64,000 bases of DNA from Amoebidium appalachense. Taxonomy: Eukaryota > Protista > Ichthyosporea. Made by a program: the position numbers and the translations under genes. The stretch covers positions 1,532,489-1,596,488 of the forward strand of contig CAVNZM010000011.1 in NCBI GenBank assembly GCA_963693365.1, in the 5' to 3' direction. Positions 1 through 14,476 of this stretch are shown here, piece by piece. The first letter of the stretch is position 1; the number at the start of each line of letters is the position of its first letter. A model generated the notes under the pieces. It saw nothing but the letters and a program-made list of their open reading frames with translations, was not told where the DNA came from and did not search any database.

Positions 1-113
1 TTCCCGCATACCCATCTGTGAGCCTCCGAAGCCCATGGGGCCCAGATTTGATGGCAGATTGCCGCCAAACGAGGTCTGGCCGCAGCCTTTAGCACCCTGG
101 GGAAGGTTCTGGC

Positions 114-167
<54 letters not shown>

Positions 168-544
168 GCATGCATGTGTGTGCGCGCGTGTCTGTGTGTG
201 CCTGTGCGCATGCATGTGTGCGCTTGTGTGTACGTGCGTGGTGTACGTTATGTTGCTTAAAAAGAGGATGACGCCGGGTTGGGGGGGGGGGGGGGGGGGC
301 GGGGGGAGGCCGAAACACGGTTTAAATACTTCTGGCCCTAATAACCCACAATCTTAGCAAGCGTACATGTATACTAAACCAGAGTGGGTCCGAGGACATA
401 AGGCTTGCAGCAACGAGTGCATTTTCCTCCGGCCCTGCCTAAGGTACTGCTTATTAGCTGTGGCCGTGCGTTTGCAATTGTGCAGCCTGCCTGTGTGTGT
501 CTGTGTGTGGCTATGGATGGGAAGGTGGAGATGGGGAGTGAGGG

Positions 545-575
<31 letters not shown>

Positions 576-1066
576 GCTGGGCACCGTGCACGTGTGTAGT
601 TTCCACGGCTGAAGGACCCCTGTCAACCGATGCCGAAGGGCACATTCGGCTGCCCACCCATACCCGGACTCTGACCGCCCATGGGGAAACTCTGCCCGCC
701 TGGAGGGACATTCTGGAGTTATCGACCCCTCTCAGGGAAATTCTTGCGGTATTGACCCCCATGAATGAAATTCTGGATGTATTGACCCCCCCTGAGAGAA
801 ATTCTGGCCACCGTAATTCTTGCTGCCGGCCCCTTGAGGGTAATTCAGACCGCCCAGAGGGAGATTTTGGCCGCTCGAGAAGATGTTGGGGTTGTTTGAG
901 GTAGGGTCCCCCCTGGATGACGGACGGGCCACGAGAGATGCTGTATGTGCCGCTGATGGTGGCGGTAATTGTGTGTGTGGAGGGTGGGGCGGGAGGGGAG
1001 GGCGGGGGGTGGGGGGCCGGCGAGGCCGCGAGGGGAGGGAACGGGGGAAGGGGAGGGAGACGGGGG

Positions 1067-1102
<36 letters not shown>

Positions 1103-1393
1103 GGGAGAGGGGGGGGAGGGGGGATTTTGGGTGTACGGAGTTTCAGAAACGAATGAAAAGCACGGATGTGGGAGCCAGATGGGTGTGTTACAAGTAGGAT
1201 CATGTGGTGGAAATGGTGGGTGTTGGTAACGGGCCGTTGTCTTTCAGAGTTGTATATTAAATTTAATCCCACTGTCTTGTTGAGTCTTGTTGCTTTTGGG
1301 GAGAGAGTATGGTTGCTTTTGGGGAGAGAGTATGGTGTGTGTGTATGTGTGTGCGTGTGTGTGTGTGTATGCGTGCGTGCGTGCGTGCGTACG

Positions 1394-1433
<40 letters not shown>

Positions 1434-1672
1434 TGTGTGCAGGGGGGGGGGGGGGGGGTTTAGGCAGGGCTAGTACTGCTGCTTGACTCTTCTATATAAA
1501 AAAGGATTCGATTATAACCAAAATCAATGTTGTGAAATCAATACACCGGTACCTCACCTAGGCCCATGGACACACCGGTCACCTGCCCCACATTCTTGCT
1601 GTTAACTGCAGCCAGGCCGGCACAGAGCAAAAGCACCGCGACCAAAACCCTCAGAGGGCTGTGACGAGCCAT
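1..1672 (-). CDS. 5' part of a spliced gene for a putative secreted Gly/Asn/Gln-rich protein (continues off the left edge)
   Basis: Exon 1 (1672-1558) reads [38 protein letters not shown], signal-peptide-like, and ends at a GTGAG donor. A candidate exon starting at 940 reads [30 protein letters not shown]; its 3' end is unresolved. An exon at 114-1 follows a (CA)n-CAG acceptor and reads [21 protein letters not shown]. Confidence 0.5.
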
Positions 1673-3102
1673 GGTGGTGGGTGGACTCAGTTTCGGAAAA
1701 CGGGAAGAGGAAACGGTACAGGAACTAAGGGGTGAACCGGAGCCTCAAGAAAAGGAAGAAGTGGAGATGGGTTGTTTATGAAGATGGCACGGAGGGGTGG
1801 TCTTTATAGCTGCCCACACTATAGCGGGGGTTGTGCGCACGCGGAAATTTACGTGTGGTACATACCCCAAACGCGTTGACCGGTCACCATGACAGGAAAT
1901 ACCCATCGGCTGGCCATATATATGCAATGCTATTAATTCAAACGGGGGTTTCTTTTCGATTCCATTGCATAAGAACTCGAGCCGCGATCGCGAGAAGCCC
2001 AAATCTAGCCAAAAAATTCAACAGAGGCAACTAGCAGCCGGCTTTCCCACGGTGAGTTTTGTTGTCGCGTTCTACCTCCGTCTGCCCGCCCAATAGACGT
2101 GTACCGTGACACGTAAGCCCTCGCGCACATGCACCTACAAGAACGCAACCCGGCATCATATCGTGCACTTCGGCACATGTACAATATGTATGAACGCGTG
2201 CTTTTTACGATGAATGAAACGTGTATACAGAACCTGCTGTCATCTAAGAGGCCATTGTTTTTATGACAGCTGGGCATGGCGCCCGTGAGAAATCTTAGTC
2301 TTGTGTTTTCACGGGAACGCCACATGATCAACACGAGCTTGCTCGAGTGACCGCCGGGCGTATGCTGGGCCGCCGGCCTGCCCGGGTCCGTTTGTTTACA
2401 TTCCAAACATAAGTTTAGTTATTTTAGCGCTGTTCCTATTCGTTCCGGGTTCCCAATAAGTTCTCCCATTACAAATTTAGTTATCAAAATACTGCCCCTA
2501 TTGGCCGTTTAGGTCCTCGCAGCCTAGTCGCAGCGTCTGTGTGCCAGAACTTCAAGAAATCCAATTGTATTCCATACTTGACCTAGGTATAAAAAAACAA
2601 TAACACAAACAGTACTTGTTTTTAGCTTTATCACTCGCACTTCTTCCCTCTTTGAGCCTCACTGACAGCCGAGATTCTTGAGACTGAAGTCGAGTGAATT
2701 CGCTGACAGGTTTGTGGAATGAGGCAGATACCCTTGGCCAATAGAAATGCACATGTGTAATGAAATGGAATGCATTGCATTTTTCAGCTAAAAATGGCGG
2801 GAATCAAGAGTGCCACTGTGCAGAGTGTGGAGTACAGAAGACAAGAGAAAAGAGTATCATACACAGACCACTTATTCGTTGTGGTGGATGGACACTGAGG
2901 GCGATTTGCTGTTTGGAGCCTGATATGCTTCATTAATTTTTGAACTACACTGTATCCCACTGTAGCTTTTGTAATTCCACCAGGAACTCCAACGGGAAAT
3001 CGCTAGATCAAAACTACTAAAACTCGCCTTAAGACGCCAGACATTTTTCGTACTCCCACCCATTCTTCACCACACCCTTTGAATCTTCCATCACACGTCA
3101 TC

Positions 3103-3286
3103 ATGGTGAAAGCGGACCTGACAGAAACAAGGGGAGTGTGTCTCGAATATGAAACCTTTGGTAACCCCAAGGACCCTGCCTGCCTCCTTATAATGGGCCT
3201 TGGTGCCTCGCTAGTGTACTGGCGGGTTGAGCTTTGCCAGAAACTGGTCGAGAAAGGCTTCTACGTTATTCGCTTTGACAAGTGAG

Positions 3287-3320
<34 letters not shown>

Positions 3321-5809
3321 TTTTCACACACACGCACACACACACAGACACGCTCTTCCATAATTCTCCCCCCCCCCCCCCCCCCCCCCCCCCTCCCCTT
3401 TCACACACACGCACACGCACACAGACACGCTCTTCCTTAATTCTCCTTTACTGTTGGCCCTTCCCCACTGCATGCCACTCCTTCACTACGCAGTAGATCT
3501 ATCTCTGTATTTCCCCTTTCTTCCCCTCCCCTTCCTTCCCTCCCTTTCCCCCTCTCTTGCCCCCTCTCCCTCCTCTCTCCCGTGCTCACTGACCCCCCCC
3601 CCGCCCCCTCTCACAGCCCCATCACTCTCCCTTTCGTTCTCCCTCCACCCCCTGATGCTCTCTCTCCCCCTTTTCCTCTCCCTCTCCCGCTCCCGCACCC
3701 GCTCCCTCTCCCTCTCCCTCTCTCTTTTCCTCTGCCCCTCCTGTTGCTGGGCTCATGTTCGTATCAACTTCCTTGTGTGTTCTTGTATAGCAAAGATGTT
3801 TTCCTCGGCGTCAGCCACCAAAACCCTTACAACAACCCTCCCCCCTCCCCCCTCCCCCCCCCCCCCCCCCCCCCATCTTTTTCCCCTCCCTATCAGACAC
3901 GAGGGTTTGCAGCCTTGGTACGCCCTAGGCATAAAGGGGGGGAAAAGGGGGCGTTTTGGGGGAGGGGGGAGAGGGAGTGGAGAAGGGATGTGGATTGGAC
4001 TGGGGGGGGGGGGGGGGGGGGGGGGAGACAGCGACTAGGTCACATGGGTGGCGAAAGACTGGAGAAGGGTCATGTTTTCTACATGCAAATGGGGGCTGTT
4101 TTCTGGTTTTCAAATAGAAGGAAACGGGCCTCTATATCCCCCCCCCCTTTCTCCCCCTCCCCCCCCCTTCCCCCCCCCCCCCTCCCCCCCCCCCCCCCAA
4201 AAAAAAAAGCCTTCCCGGCCCTTTGAGTGCATATCTGCCCTTCCCTCCGTGCCCTCCTTTCCTATCTTCCAATGTATAGGATACTTCCATTTCTCACTCG
4301 CTTCCACCTCCCCTCCATTCTTATCTGAGGTTTTTAGGCCCCCTTTTTTCTTTTGCCCCACATGCCTTCCTTTGCGCTTCTCTTCTACCCCGTCCCTCGA
4401 CAAATCCTTTCACCACGTCCTCCCCTCTCTTCAGCTCACACACCCACATTGTGGCACACACACTTAAACTTTATGCTCTTTGCATCCTCCCCCTTCCCCC
4501 CTCCCCCCCTCCCCCCCCCCCCCCCTCCCCTCCCCCTCCACAGTCGGGACGCCGGCCTTTCTACGTTTATGGATCACCTTGGGCCCGCCCCAGTCCTCTG
4601 GAATGGATTCCTGAGCCTGTTTGGTCAGACGGGTACATCACCCTACACACTCGAGGACATGGCTGCTGGTGAATTTTCCTTTGGACCCCCCCCCCCCACA
4701 CACACAGACACAGAGAGAGTGATACACACAACACAAATTGAAAATATTGATTTTTCTGCAGGGTGAGTGCGTGGGTGTGGAGGGGCGGGGGGGAGGGGGG
4801 GTGGGGGGTGGGGGGAGGAGGCAAAAGGCTTGCCTAAGGATATGGCAAAACGGATGTATCTTATGTGGCATTGGATTTTGGTGACACATGAACCACTGCA
4901 TTATGAGCCTATTTGCGTACAGTGGTCGGTAGGCTGACTTCCATATATGGCAACCACTAACGCTGCGATGCACTTGTTTCTAGCCCTGTCTGCACATCCA
5001 TGCATACACGTGCTAGTTTCTGATTGCTGATTGGATAAGTCGGCCCACAGAGAGGCAAAGCACCAATAGGGACCAAGTTGAACAAGAAACCAAGTCTTTC
5101 ACACTGCCAAACCACCCAATCAATACTGATAACTCCACCCACCAGTGAATTATAGTCTGGTATTAATCCCGGATATGTGCAGATTCGATGGCACTGCTAG
5201 ACCGGCTATACATAGGACAAGCACATGTAGTGGGTGCCAGCATGGGGGGCATGATAGCCCAGCTGTGTGCCATCCACTATCCAGATAGGGTCCTCTCCAT
5301 CACATCAATCATGTCAACTACCGTACGTGCATCCCCCCCCCCCCCCCCCCCCCCCCCTCCCCCCCCTTCGCCCTGCCCCCCCCGGGGGTGCCATACAAGC
5401 ACAGACACAGGTACACATAACCACTCACACTGCTGGATTGCACCCTTGGGCCCGAAGGGTTGTACGACAGCGTATCTTTTCATGGTTTAAATGTGTCTTC
5501 TTTCTTCTGTTCGTGTATTTTTTCTTCTTTGGGGGGGGGGGGGGGGGGGGAGGGGGGGGAGGGGGGGAAGGAGCATGGAAGAGCTGGGGGGGGGGGGTGG
5601 GGGGGGTGATTTGTGTGTGTGTACGGAGCCCGCAGGGACGTGCCTGTGTGCGTGGCTGTGTGTGTGTGGGGGGTTTGCCTTGCCCTTACAGGTACGTGTT
5701 TCTGTGTAAGGTATGGGTGAGTGCATGTTTGTGTGTTCGGGGTGGTTGGGTGGATGTATGTTGGGATGAAGTATAGAGTGGGAGGAGGGGGGGAGCGGGG
5801 GGAGGGTGT

Positions 5810-5840
<31 letters not shown>

Positions 5841-6074
5841 GGAGGGGGGGGGGGGAGAGGGAAGGAACTTGTCAAGCATGCCTATTCCGGCTTTGCACTC
5901 AGTCCAAATACCTGAGGTCACACCCGCTATTGATCGCACAAACCCCCTTTGCCAACATCACAGAATCTCTGGTGTGGCATTAGGTTCTGGCGCAGAGGCC
6001 CCTTTGAAAGACGTATCCATTACGTCGGTTTTTGTTTCTCTTTGTTTCTCTTTATTGTGGTGGTGGTGGTGATG

Positions 6075-6126
<52 letters not shown>

Positions 6127-8222
6127 ATGTTGTTGTTGCGCGAAGGGGAGGGGGAGGGGGAGGGGGGGAAGAGGCGGGGAGGGGGGAGGGGGGGGCAAAG
6201 CACGAATGCCTGCAGCTCAATAGTGCTGAATCTCAGATCAATCTATTGCAAACCCCCAAACGAGAGGGGGAGGGGACTGGACATCATGGGGCGCTAGTAT
6301 AGATGCATAATTCAAACGAGAAGGGCTGTTTTTTTGTGTGGGGGGGAGGAGAGGGGCGGGGGGTGGGGGGGGTTGGATGCCACATTTTCCTGACCAGCAA
6401 TTTCTTTCCAGGGTGATCCGTGGCTGCCAGGTCCCAGCCTTGGTGTCAAGCTGAAGGTGATCTCTGCCCGGCCAGACGACTATGAGGGGTTGGTGCAGGG
6501 CATGCTCGACAGATATAGAGTCATGTGCGTCAACACCCATCCCCCCTCCTCCCCCCCTAAATACACACACACACACACGACGGACAGTCTGTCACACGTG
6601 CACGCACACACACGCCCGCTTACATGTCAGTACCTAGACATACATACACACAAACGCACACAGACTTAGCATATATGCATGCATGTTTATGTTAGTGCAC
6701 CCTCAATCACACACACACAAGCACATGCACTGAAATGCGCACATGAACACAGACCCTCAACCCCTGTTCCCCTGAAAATCCCTTCTCCCCGCCCTCAGCA
6801 CCCGCTCCTCCCCTCGTCCCTCCCTCCCTCTGACCCTCGCCCTCGGTGAATAGGAACACAAACAAGAAAAATCGACCACACGAAGAAAGAAAAATGCAAA
6901 ACATCATAAATCTTGTCCAGCGTTATTTGTCATTAGGTGGACACACAGTCACGGCAAGTTTTATGTTGGCTGGAAGTGTGTGGTGTTCTATTGCCCCTTT
7001 GATGGTGTGCATGCGTTGTTAGACAAGCCCACTACACTCTGGGAGAATGATAAGGTTTCTGTGTGTGCAACATCCTATGACCGAGGCTACGCTCAAAAGA
7101 GAAAACGAGCAAACAATTAGAACGAGTGGAGGAAACCAAGAATGTGGTGTGGGTGTGTCCATGTGATCGTGTGATGAGGGCAGAAAGCCCCCCCCCCCCC
7201 CCCCCCCCCCCCCTCCCCTCCCTTCCTTTTTTGTTCCACACACGAATGGTGGCGAGTTGCCCCAAATGGGTGGGCGAGTAGCTCTGAGTGGGTGTGAGTG
7301 TGTGTGTGTGTAGGAGATTAGGGGGGGGGGGGGGGGGAGAGACCAATAAAATAGGACACTGTCATAACACACACATGCCGGACCCCCGGAGTCAATATTT
7401 ATTGGCAGAGAGAGAGCCATTAATCGACCAGGAAACTACTCCGCACCTTACAGCAGTACCCAATAGGAAGACTAATCTCATTGGCTCCATATCAGGCATA
7501 CCCCCGAGATCTTCGACCAATACAAAGACGTGACTGAAAGGATCGTACGTGAGCACTTCAAACGGTCCATCAAGAGTGACCAGGGGAGACAGTTGGGTGC
7601 AATCTTGGCCGCAAAAGATAGGACCCCCCAGCTGCAAAAAGCGAAGGTACGTTGGGTAGAATAGTGGATGCACCCATGCATGTTTCCTTGCATGCATATG
7701 TTGGGTAGAATAGTGGATGCACCCATGCATGTCTCCTTGCATGCATATGTTGGGTAGAATAGTGGATGCACCCATGCATGTTTCCTTGCATGCATATGTT
7801 GGGTAGAATAGTGGATGCACCCATGCATGTTTCCTTGCATGCATGTGTGTTGGGTCGCAGTTGCAACAGTCCCCGCCCCCCTCGCTTCCTAGAAGCCCCG
7901 TCTCCTGAGTTCCCATCTATATTTTTCTTGCTTCTGCTTACTGCTGCAACTTTAACCCCCGGCCTTTCCCACTGCCCTTGCCTGCATAAGCAACCCTGCT
8001 CGTCTCTGATCAAGACGGGTGACCTACCCATGTTCAAGTGAAACAGTATCTGAGTTGGGTTTCGTTAACGAGGGGAATAGGTCGAAACTCGGGTACTGTG
8101 GATGACGTGGGCCCCCCCTGAGGATGGGCTCTGCTTATTATGCATACTCTTTATGTATGGCTTGCATTCTGCATCGTGTTATCCGTTTGTTCTTGTGTAC
8201 TTCGTACTTTTTGACGCATTCA

Positions 8223-8269
<47 letters not shown>

Positions 8270-8562
8270 TCCCCCCCCCCCCCTGCTCCCCCCTCTCTCC
8301 TCCCCCTTTCTCCCCGGATACCTGGTGGCTACGTCCCCATGCTTCTTGGGTGACAATGCTTTGAGTAATGCTGCTTGGTATCATGTGCGTCTGCATCTCG
8401 TTTTCTGTGCATCATCGTGCTCCGAATGTGCCGCCTCTTCTCAACCTTGGCCCCGTAATGGGTATTGTTTCTGCCATAATCCAAACTCTCTCTTTGAGCT
8501 ACACAACTTCATCATGTTGTCCTTCGTGAATGTGTCCTTCGTTCTGTGTGTAAACACTCTAC

Positions 8563-8613
<51 letters not shown>

Positions 8614-8719
8614 ACACAACTTTCCCCTATCCTTGCTGCACGGCCCCCTTTCCTCCTTGGGTTCATGTGGTTGTTTAGGTTCACACACTTTTAGTCCTCC
8701 TCCTTGGCTCCACATTCAA

Positions 8720-8755
<36 letters not shown>

Positions 8756-9003
8756 CCCACCCGCCCGCCCGCCCTTGGCTCCGCATTCAATCCTGTCCAC
8801 CCAGCCAACCCCCTTTCTCCCCCCCCCCCCCCCCCCCCCCCCTTCCCCTCCCCCCAACACACACACACATATACACACCCTTCTCCACTTTGAAAAGCAT
8901 TCATGGGATATTTATGTGCGTACATTCGCTCGCAGGCATAGACAGACACACACACACACAAGCATACTCGCACACACACGCGCGCGCACACGCGGGCACA
9001 CAC

Positions 9004-9080
<77 letters not shown>

Positions 9081-9521
9081 GCAAGGCTCTGGTCATCCAC
9101 GGGAGCTTGGATCCTCTAGTCCTACCCGCATGCGGCATTGCCACCCACAAAGCCATCCCTGGGTCCGAATTGCTCTTGGTGAGTGTGTCTGCCTGTGTGT
9201 AGGCCTGTGTGCGTGCATGCATGCGTGAGCGCGCGCTTATGCGCTTGCGCCTGCCGTCAGGTTGCCTGTATTGCGCCAGTGTGTGTGTGTGTTGTGCGCA
9301 CGTGTGCCTGTGTCTGTTTGAAAGGGTCGGATCATGTGCGTGACTGTGTCACTGTGCCTATTTGTGCCGTGCATTCATTGGAGCATATGTGCCGGACAAA
9401 TGTGTATCCTTCACATGCGCTTATATCCATTTTTGGCATTTGGCTGCTACAGGGTGTAGCATATACATACACTTGAAGGAGGTACGGGCAGGTACCTGTG
9501 AATCACTCTCACACCTTCAAT

Positions 9522-9559
<38 letters not shown>

Positions 9560-10079
9560 GATCTTCTGCTTACTGCTGCAACTTTAACCCCCGGCCTTTC
9601 CCACTGCCCTTGCCTGCATAAGCAACCCTGCTCGTCTCTGATCAAGACGGGTGACCTACTCATGTTCAAGTGAAACAGTATCTGAGTTGGGTTTCGTTAA
9701 CGAGGGGAATAGGTCGAAACTCGGGTACTGTGGATGACGTGGGCCCCCCCTGAGGATGGGCTCTGCTTATTATGCATACTCTTTATGTATGGCTTGCATT
9801 CTGCATCGTGTTATCCGTTTGTTCTTGTGTACTTCGTACTTTTTGACGCATTCAAAACCCCCCTCGATCTTCTCTCCCTCCTCTCACCTCCTCCTGCCCC
9901 CGGATCCAGTTGTATAACTTGTGTAGGGGTTTGGGGGTCACATATACATGACTGGGTTATTTTTCAACCACCCTGTTTTACTGACCCTTCTGACCAATCA
10001 GATTGAGCGCATGGGCCATGGGCTGCCCGAGCATGCCTGGCCCGAGATGGTGGATGCCATAGCCGCCATGAAGGACTAG
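3103..10079 (+). CDS. Alpha/beta-fold hydrolase (esterase/lipase of bacterial type), 7 exons, 294 aa
   Basis: Exons 3103-3281, 4544-4668, 5183-5322, 6412-6524, 7496-7646, 9080-9178 and 10002-10079 are all GT-AG and in phase (885 nt). Motifs: LLIMGLG, RFDNRDAGLS, YTLEDMA, nucleophile [19 protein letters not shown] (Asp), MGHGLP (His). Confidence 0.92.
7651..7846. repeat. 49-bp minisatellite, 4 copies, directly after the exon 5 donor
   Basis: Unit GTTGGGTAGAATAGTGGATGCACCCATGCATGTTTCCTTGCATGCATAT starts at 7651, 7700, 7749 and 7798. Confidence 0.95.
7931..8224 (+). mobile_element. Retroposon-like interspersed repeat, copy 1 (ends CATTCAAA, followed by poly-C)
   Basis: About 290 bp nearly identical to 9568-9857. 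Confidence 0.75.
9568..9857 (+). mobile_element. Retroposon-like interspersed repeat, copy 2, with a 16-nt target-site duplication
   Basis: Flanked by CCCCCCTCGATCTTCT at 9552-9567 and 9858-9873, with a short A tail (CATTCAAAA). Diverged fragments lie at ~18552-18640, 21445-21594, 22094-22222, 24830-24935 and 26500-26575. Confidence 0.8.
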
Positions 10080-11843
10080 CCAATCAGATGGGGCCATTGT
10101 GGTCCATGTGCATACCTGAAGAGTAGTTTGACAATCAAGTGCCACCACTGAGGATACCAGTTAACAAGTGCAAAGTGTAGCATGTTGCAAGCTTTTACAC
10201 CACTAGAATGTAAGCTGTAAGGCACATGACGTGCAGTTAGAAAGAGAACTATCCTTTTTTTGTAAGCAGACGGAATTAAGGTGGCCCAAAATTTCAGAGA
10301 AGAGGACAATGTAGTGATACTGTTAGTTTGCCGATGTATATATTTGTTAAAAGTTGATATATATTAGGTCTGAACTAGAGGTCATGATAGAAAGTAGAAT
10401 TCATGCAAGCCTGGTGGCACGGTCACAGGCCATAGTTTAAAATGGCTTGTTGAGGCAGGCAAAATCTGTTATATTGAAGTATCATTTGAATGTAACTAGA
10501 GGAAACGATGAGCAAGTACATATGATTTATACGTATGTACTTGGGATCACTGGGGTTTGGGTCGGGGAAGAATACATCCAAGCTATATCGGTGAAGCAGC
10601 CATGGGTATGCTAGCACTCATGTTCGTGTACGGTTGTACGTGATTGTATTGGACACACAGATGCATTCAAATTTGTATGCCTTGCAGCATCAACGGCCGG
10701 CCCGTGTCAAGTTAATTACGAAGCACTTTTGTTCCCTGAAAGCTCTCTCCGCTCCCTAGAGGTCATTTTTTTACCCCCTCTGCAGAGTGTTTTTGTGCGT
10801 GCCCCCCCCACACCACCAATACAAGTCAACCCAGCACCTTTTTTGTACACATGCACACATTTGGAAGTGGCCCGTCACTGGTGGTGGTGGTGGTGTGTGT
10901 GTGTGTGTGTGTGGGTGGGTGGGTGGGGGGAGGGGGGGGGGGGGGGGGGGGGGGGGGAATACAACAATACAACATGGCACGGTAGTTAATGTGTTTGCAT
11001 TATCATTTTTCAAGTTCACGGCACGGCCGGTAAACAGTGTCAACGGGTCATGCAAACCAACGGAGTTGAAACAGGCATGTCCAATAGAAAAAGCTGATAC
11101 ATCCTGAAAGTACTCTGATACATCCCCATGTGTGCGTGTGTGTGTGTGTGGTGTGGGTATCCTTGGGTGTAAAACTATATAGGGTGCTAGAAAGGAGGAA
11201 GCTGGCCAGACATTTAACTACCATAATCGCCTAGCTTTCAGTATGTATTCACACCACAATCCTTCACTTCAATCATGTACAGTCGATACTACCACCACAA
11301 TATTCTAAAAAAAGGCAAGTGTCCATACATATATGGCAGTTGCTTGTGCCCAGGTCACGGGTCACATGGAGCAAGCAACCCCACTGGCTTCAGTCATTCT
11401 AGCACTTGGGAGGTCCACATCTGAACAAAACGAACCCGGTTATTTACTTGCCCAGGCCCCTTGGTTTTAACAGCTTTTCCAGGGGAGGAGGGTGGGGTGG
11501 GGGGGTTCAGGTAAATCAGAGGACAACAAACCACAAGAGCTGCTCGGAGCATGGGGGTGCAACCAACCACACCAGCAACCAGTGAAGGGCAGATCACATA
11601 GTCAACTCACAAGACGCAAAAAAAATGAAAAGTAGCCCACCAGTGCTGTACGAAGATAATTCATCTCAAAAAAAAAGAACATAGACATAGACATGGACAC
11701 ACACACACACACACACACACAACAACAACAAAAAAAACAACCTAGAAGACGTAAATAACATGCAACATCCGGTACACACGCACATTCCAAAGACAAAAAC
11801 ACAAAAACGCAAGTTCGGAGGCTTTTTACGTGTGAACGAGAAT

Positions 11844-11877
<34 letters not shown>

Positions 11878-11909
11878 ACGCGCGCATGTCTAATGTGTTT
11901 TATAAGTCC

Positions 11910-11944
<35 letters not shown>

Positions 11945-12366
11945 TGCATAGACGTATGTACGGTATAGACAAGTAAGAAGGCGTGCACACTTCATGTGGG
12001 TAGCAGGGGCCCCAGACCCAAACACACACACATGCTAAAAGGCACGCACCCACCTGCACACACGTGTTCCTGACCGGTATGTGGTATGCATGACTGCAGG
12101 CCAATAAGAAAGAACCTGAACCAAAGGCACACACAACCACACGTATCCGTGAATGCACACGCGCAAGAAATTTGCTAGAGTGTGGAAAATCGGATGTAGA
12201 AATAGTTGGGGAAAGACCAGGACAACAGTAAAAAAACGGGGATATACACACATAGTCAACTGCCGTGTGTCTACTAACACAGACTTGAAGCCAAAAAACC
12301 ACTCTAAAAAAAAAAGAAATCGATTAAAGACAACAAAATGAACACCCACCGATGCTCTGGTGACAT

Positions 12367-12633
12367 CTACCACGTGAAGAGAACCTCGCCCCATTGCCTG
12401 AAAACGAAGATGCTGCCAAGGAAGATTGCAGTGTTGCGCAGCAGCTCCCTGTTCGTGTGTGTGTGTGTGTGTGTGGGTGGGTGCGTGCGCGCGCGCACGT
12501 GTGTGTGTGTGTATGGTTGCGTGCGTGATTGCATGTGTGTGGGTGCGTGATTGTGTGTACGTGCATGCGTCTGTATGTACTGACGTTTCAGTGTTACCGT
12601 TGGTGTGTTCTTATGCGCAATCACGTGTCCGTG

Positions 12634-12691
<58 letters not shown>

Positions 12692-13648
12692 GGGTTAGCA
12701 GGCACATCACTGCTGGACACTATTGTGAAACACGTGCTTAGAACCACTTAGTTCTCCGCTCACGCCGTGCTGCAACTGTGCCTACGTGTTCAAATGTGCC
12801 AAGTGATGCACGAGTGGCAGGACCATGCTACGTGGGTGTGTGCAACTCTGCGTACATTTTGCAAGTGGTGTCTCTAGTGGATAAAAAAAAAAAAGGGGGG
12901 GGTATTCGGGCAGGATTGAAAGGGGAAGGAGCCAAAAAAAAAAAAGGGGGGGGGGGGGGGGACACAAAGTTTGCCGCCAGCGGTTGTCAGGTTTGTGTAC
13001 TTACTTACTTATGGTTGTGGCTGTGCTAGTGTGTAATACAGGTGTTTGTGTGTATGTGTGTGAATGTGTGTGTGTGGGGGTTGTTGGTGGCAAACTGTCG
13101 CTGTGCGAGGAAAATGGGAAACGAAAAGAACGAAAATGTATTAATAACAAGACTGAAGACTCTTTGCCTAAAAACAAACACGAGACAAGCGTCAACACAA
13201 GACAGTGTGTCCCGGAAGAGGGTGTAGAGGGGTGGGGGTTGGGGGGAGGGGGAGAGGATGGTGGCAGACAAGAGATAGAATATAACGTAAGAAGTAAGAA
13301 AAAAACGGACCCCTCATGAAACAGGTAAAGCCGGGTGACGAACTATGTGCGAGCACAAAACACAGAAAGAAACAGCAACCCGACAGAAAGCAAAGGGACA
13401 CACAGAGTGAAAAACGCCAACAGGCAATATGTGCTACACGCCCTTCCTGTTGCAAACCCTAAACCTTAAACCACTACGCCGGGGCGAGCCTTAACCTCAG
13501 TCAAAATGACAACCACAGCACACAGTCATACAAACACACACACGCGCGCGCACACTACACACGGACACCAGCAGGCATACACGTACATTGACTTATCCTT
13601 GGGTGCCTCCTGCTGGCCACCGAGCGCCTGGAAGGGAATCTGATCCAT
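12367..13648 (-). CDS. Two-exon 47-aa single-pass microprotein, resembling the small TOM-complex subunit Tom6
   Basis: Exon 13648-13587 (GTACGT donor) plus exon 12448-12367 (CAG acceptor just after a (CA)n tract) give MDQIPFQALGGQQEAPKDKSMELLRNTAIFLGSIFVFRQWGEVLFTW*. The C-terminal F-x3-hydrophobic...WGE pattern recalls fungal Tom6 (from memory). Confidence 0.6.
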
Positions 13649-14424
13649 GTTTGCTTGTAAGTTGAAAAATCAACCGACACTTTGTACTTTCTTTGCCTTT
13701 GCTGGAGGTGTGTCCTGCGGAACATGTGACAGCAGATTCGCATGAGCCAGGCGTGCGCGTGGCCGCGGTTGACTTAAAAGCTGGTACGATTTATAGAAAG
13801 TTATTATAGCTTGTCCGGGGGATTTAGATTGTTTAAATGGTATAGATTTTTAAGAGGCCTTGAAGTACGCAATATCCGATAGTGCGTCTTGTGCCACATC
13901 ACAGCTCCTACTCCAAGGCGCGCAAGGAAATCAACATGAAATACAACTCGGAGCACGGCGCGAAAACTTAACACGGCACCGTCAAATGGCCGATGCATGC
14001 ACCAACAGACAACAGATGCACCAACCCTAAGGCTTCTAATTTCTTCCTATCAGCTACACATTATGCAGTACAAAACACAACCCGCCTCTGCACGCAACAC
14101 GCAGCTTATGCACACACATGCACATAACGCATCACTGCACAGACGTTAGAACATTCACCTCAGCTCCCAAGTGAAACTGCACACATGTGGCAGTGCGTAG
14201 ACACCAAGGGCTTCAGAGTAAACTTGAAGGACCAAATGCGTAAGCCGCCACTGGCATGGCAGACATCAAGGACACTTACAAATCTAAGCATCTGGCGTGA
14301 CACATGGCACACAGAACAAATCAGTAGACTCAGAGTCACAGTGCCATACTTGTCATAGTAGCTATCACGTTACGCGTACGTTGGTGCATGCCCGTATGCA
14401 CATACACTCAATGCCAACCCCCCC

Positions 14425-14476
<52 letters not shown>

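Noticed and set aside
13454-13472. Telomere-like AAACCCTAAACCTTAAACC
   Set aside because: Under three imperfect units, too short to call an interstitial telomere or a telo-box.
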